From a virus (Duplodnaviria; Caudoviricetes): a DNA stretch of 25,604 nucleotides. Under the pieces are notes generated by a model, which saw nothing but the letters and a program-made list of their open reading frames with translations, had not been told where the DNA came from and made no database searches. This document shows positions 24,468-25,604 of the stretch, one piece after another (position 1 is the stretch's first letter; every line of letters starts with the position of its first letter). Both the position numbers and the translations under genes were made by a program. The DNA lies in IMG/VR virus record IMGVR_UViG_3300012231_000044, positions 1 to 25,604 of that record. The stretch is one strand, 5' to 3'.

Positions 24468-24725
24468 ATGAACGAGATCACCGCCAGGGCCCTCCAGGAA
24501 CTTATCCAGCGAGCGATCGCCGCCGATGGTGACCTGGTCAAGTGGAGCGACCTCCTGGCCATCCTGGGGAAGCTGAAGATCCCGGACCACCCGACGCCTC
24601 CCCTGAAGGCGAGGAAGTTATCCGGTCTCCAGGTTTTTAATAATGACGCCCAGGCGGGAGCCGGCGGCCTGGTGAGCGGGGACCTGTATAGAACAAATAA
24701 TGGAGCAGTACAAGTAAAAATATAA
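24468..24725 (+). CDS. Small tail-associated protein, 85 aa
   Basis: ATG 24468 after an AT-rich leader. C-terminal FNNDAQAGAGGLVSGDLYRTNNG resembles a short terminal motif of fibre-associated proteins (from memory). Confidence 0.65.
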   Translation: MNEITARALQELIQRAIAADGDLVKWSDLLAILGKLKIPDHPTPPLKARKLSGLQVFNNDAQAGAGGLVSGDLYRTNNGAVQVKI

Positions 24726-24729
24726 AGCT

Positions 24730-25604
24730 ATGGGTAAGACGATCAACCAATTGACCACAAACATCGGCGCCAGCCTGAACGCCAACACCGAGCTGGAGGG
24801 ACAGCTGAGCGGATCCGCTTCGACGGGCAAGTTCACCCTGACCCAGCTGAAGGCCGCCCTGGACGCCCTGGTGGGTGGCGGAGACGTGACACCGCCGACG
24901 ATCCTGACCCTGACCCTGATCGCGGGAGAGTCTAACAAGATCACCGTCGGCTTCGATGAAGCGGTCACCATCACGACAGCGGGATGGAGCGCCCTGAAGA
25001 ACGGCGTGGCCTGGGCGATCTCTAGCGTGGCGGCCGGGACCGGCTTCCAGAAGAAGTTCACGATGGCCTCCGACGCCGTGGCTGGCGACGTGGTGACCTT
25101 GTCCTATAACAGCGCGACGGGATCCACGACCGACAGCTCCGCCAACGAGCTAGTGAGCTTCACCAACGGCCCGGTGACTAACTACCTGACCGCCGTGACG
25201 GTCGGCGTGGTCGACGATGAATTTATCGGAGCCGCGGCGACTGACATCCTTTCGCACACCCCGACGGTGGGCGGTATTGTTTCAAAAGTTTATAGCTCGA
25301 CCGGCGTCGGCGTGACTAACGGGGACGGGACCGCGAAAGAAGCCGCTCCACATAGTACAGCGTCATATTACACCTATGCGAACAGCTTCGCGGGGGAAAA
25401 TCAAAAAGTTATTTTGCGCGTTAAGAAGACGGCGATGATCGGCGTGGCGGACTTCGACGTCGTCGAGATCCAGCTCCGGGCTGATACTTCAGGCGCTTTA
25501 ATTACCTGTTATTACTTGCAGCTAATTGACGCGGGAACCCCTTCAGGCTGGACGATGGGCCTCTACCAGAAGGTGGACGGCGTGAACACCGCGATCGGGT
25601 CCCC
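24730..25604 (+). CDS. Tail fibre/receptor-binding protein with a SwmB-like Ig repeat; 3'-truncated and absent from the ORF track
   Basis: Manual translation MGKTINQLTTNIG... has no stop to the window end. DVTPPT...ITVGFDEAV...AGDVVTLSY...DSSANELVSFTNGPVTN fits the SwmB-repeat pattern. Confidence 0.75.
   Translation, partial: MGKTINQLTTNIGASLNANTELEGQLSGSASTGKFTLTQLKAALDALVGGGDVTPPTILTLTLIAGESNKITVGFDEAVTITTAGWSALKNGVAWAISSVAAGTGFQKKFTMASDAVAGDVVTLSYNSATGSTTDSSANELVSFTNGPVTNYLTAVTVGVVDDEFIGAAATDILSHTPTVGGIVSKVYSSTGVGVTNGDGTAKEAAPHSTASYYTYANSFAGENQKVILRVKKTAMIGVADFDVVEIQLRADTSGALITCYYLQLIDAGTPSGWTMGLYQKVDGVNTAIGS

Noticed and set aside
25200-25604. DGR variable region in the fibre gene
   Set aside because: No template repeat or reverse transcriptase in the window; cannot be excluded downstream.

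Overview
A continuous, entirely + strand segment of a tailed dsDNA phage or prophage (HK97-type head, siphovirus-type tail, GC-rich). It runs from the 3' part of the replication module (family A DNA polymerase, primase/VirE helicase, candidate origin, VRR-NUC, SNF2 helicase) through packaging (TerS, TerL, portal), head genes (MuF-like protein, prohead protease, major capsid) and tail genes (adaptor, gp10-like neck, terminator, tube, frameshifted chaperones, tape measure, distal tail) into a truncated fibre/receptor-binding gene. A-rich, mostly SD-less gene starts and TAnnTTTG-like promoter elements point to a Bacteroidota host (inference). The most notable observations are: (1) a minus-strand promoter / ~50-nt RNA / terminator unit at 6472-6534 whose 5' part is complementary to the start-codon region of a membrane-protein gene 5.8 kb away, with a second similar unit in tandem; (2) a MuF protein carrying a Pro-rich linker and HExxH metallopeptidase domain, followed by a small Cys-rich candidate immunity gene; (3) a methyltransferase plus GT4 glycosyltransferase pair coupled to the head-tail genes; (4) strong enrichment of CCWGG and GATC with near-absence of CTGC; (5) a Zn-ribbon-like insert in TerL; (6) three late promoters placed to give leaderless mRNAs. 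No tRNA, rRNA, CRISPR array, integrase or lysis gene was seen. All calls are by eye; no searches were run.
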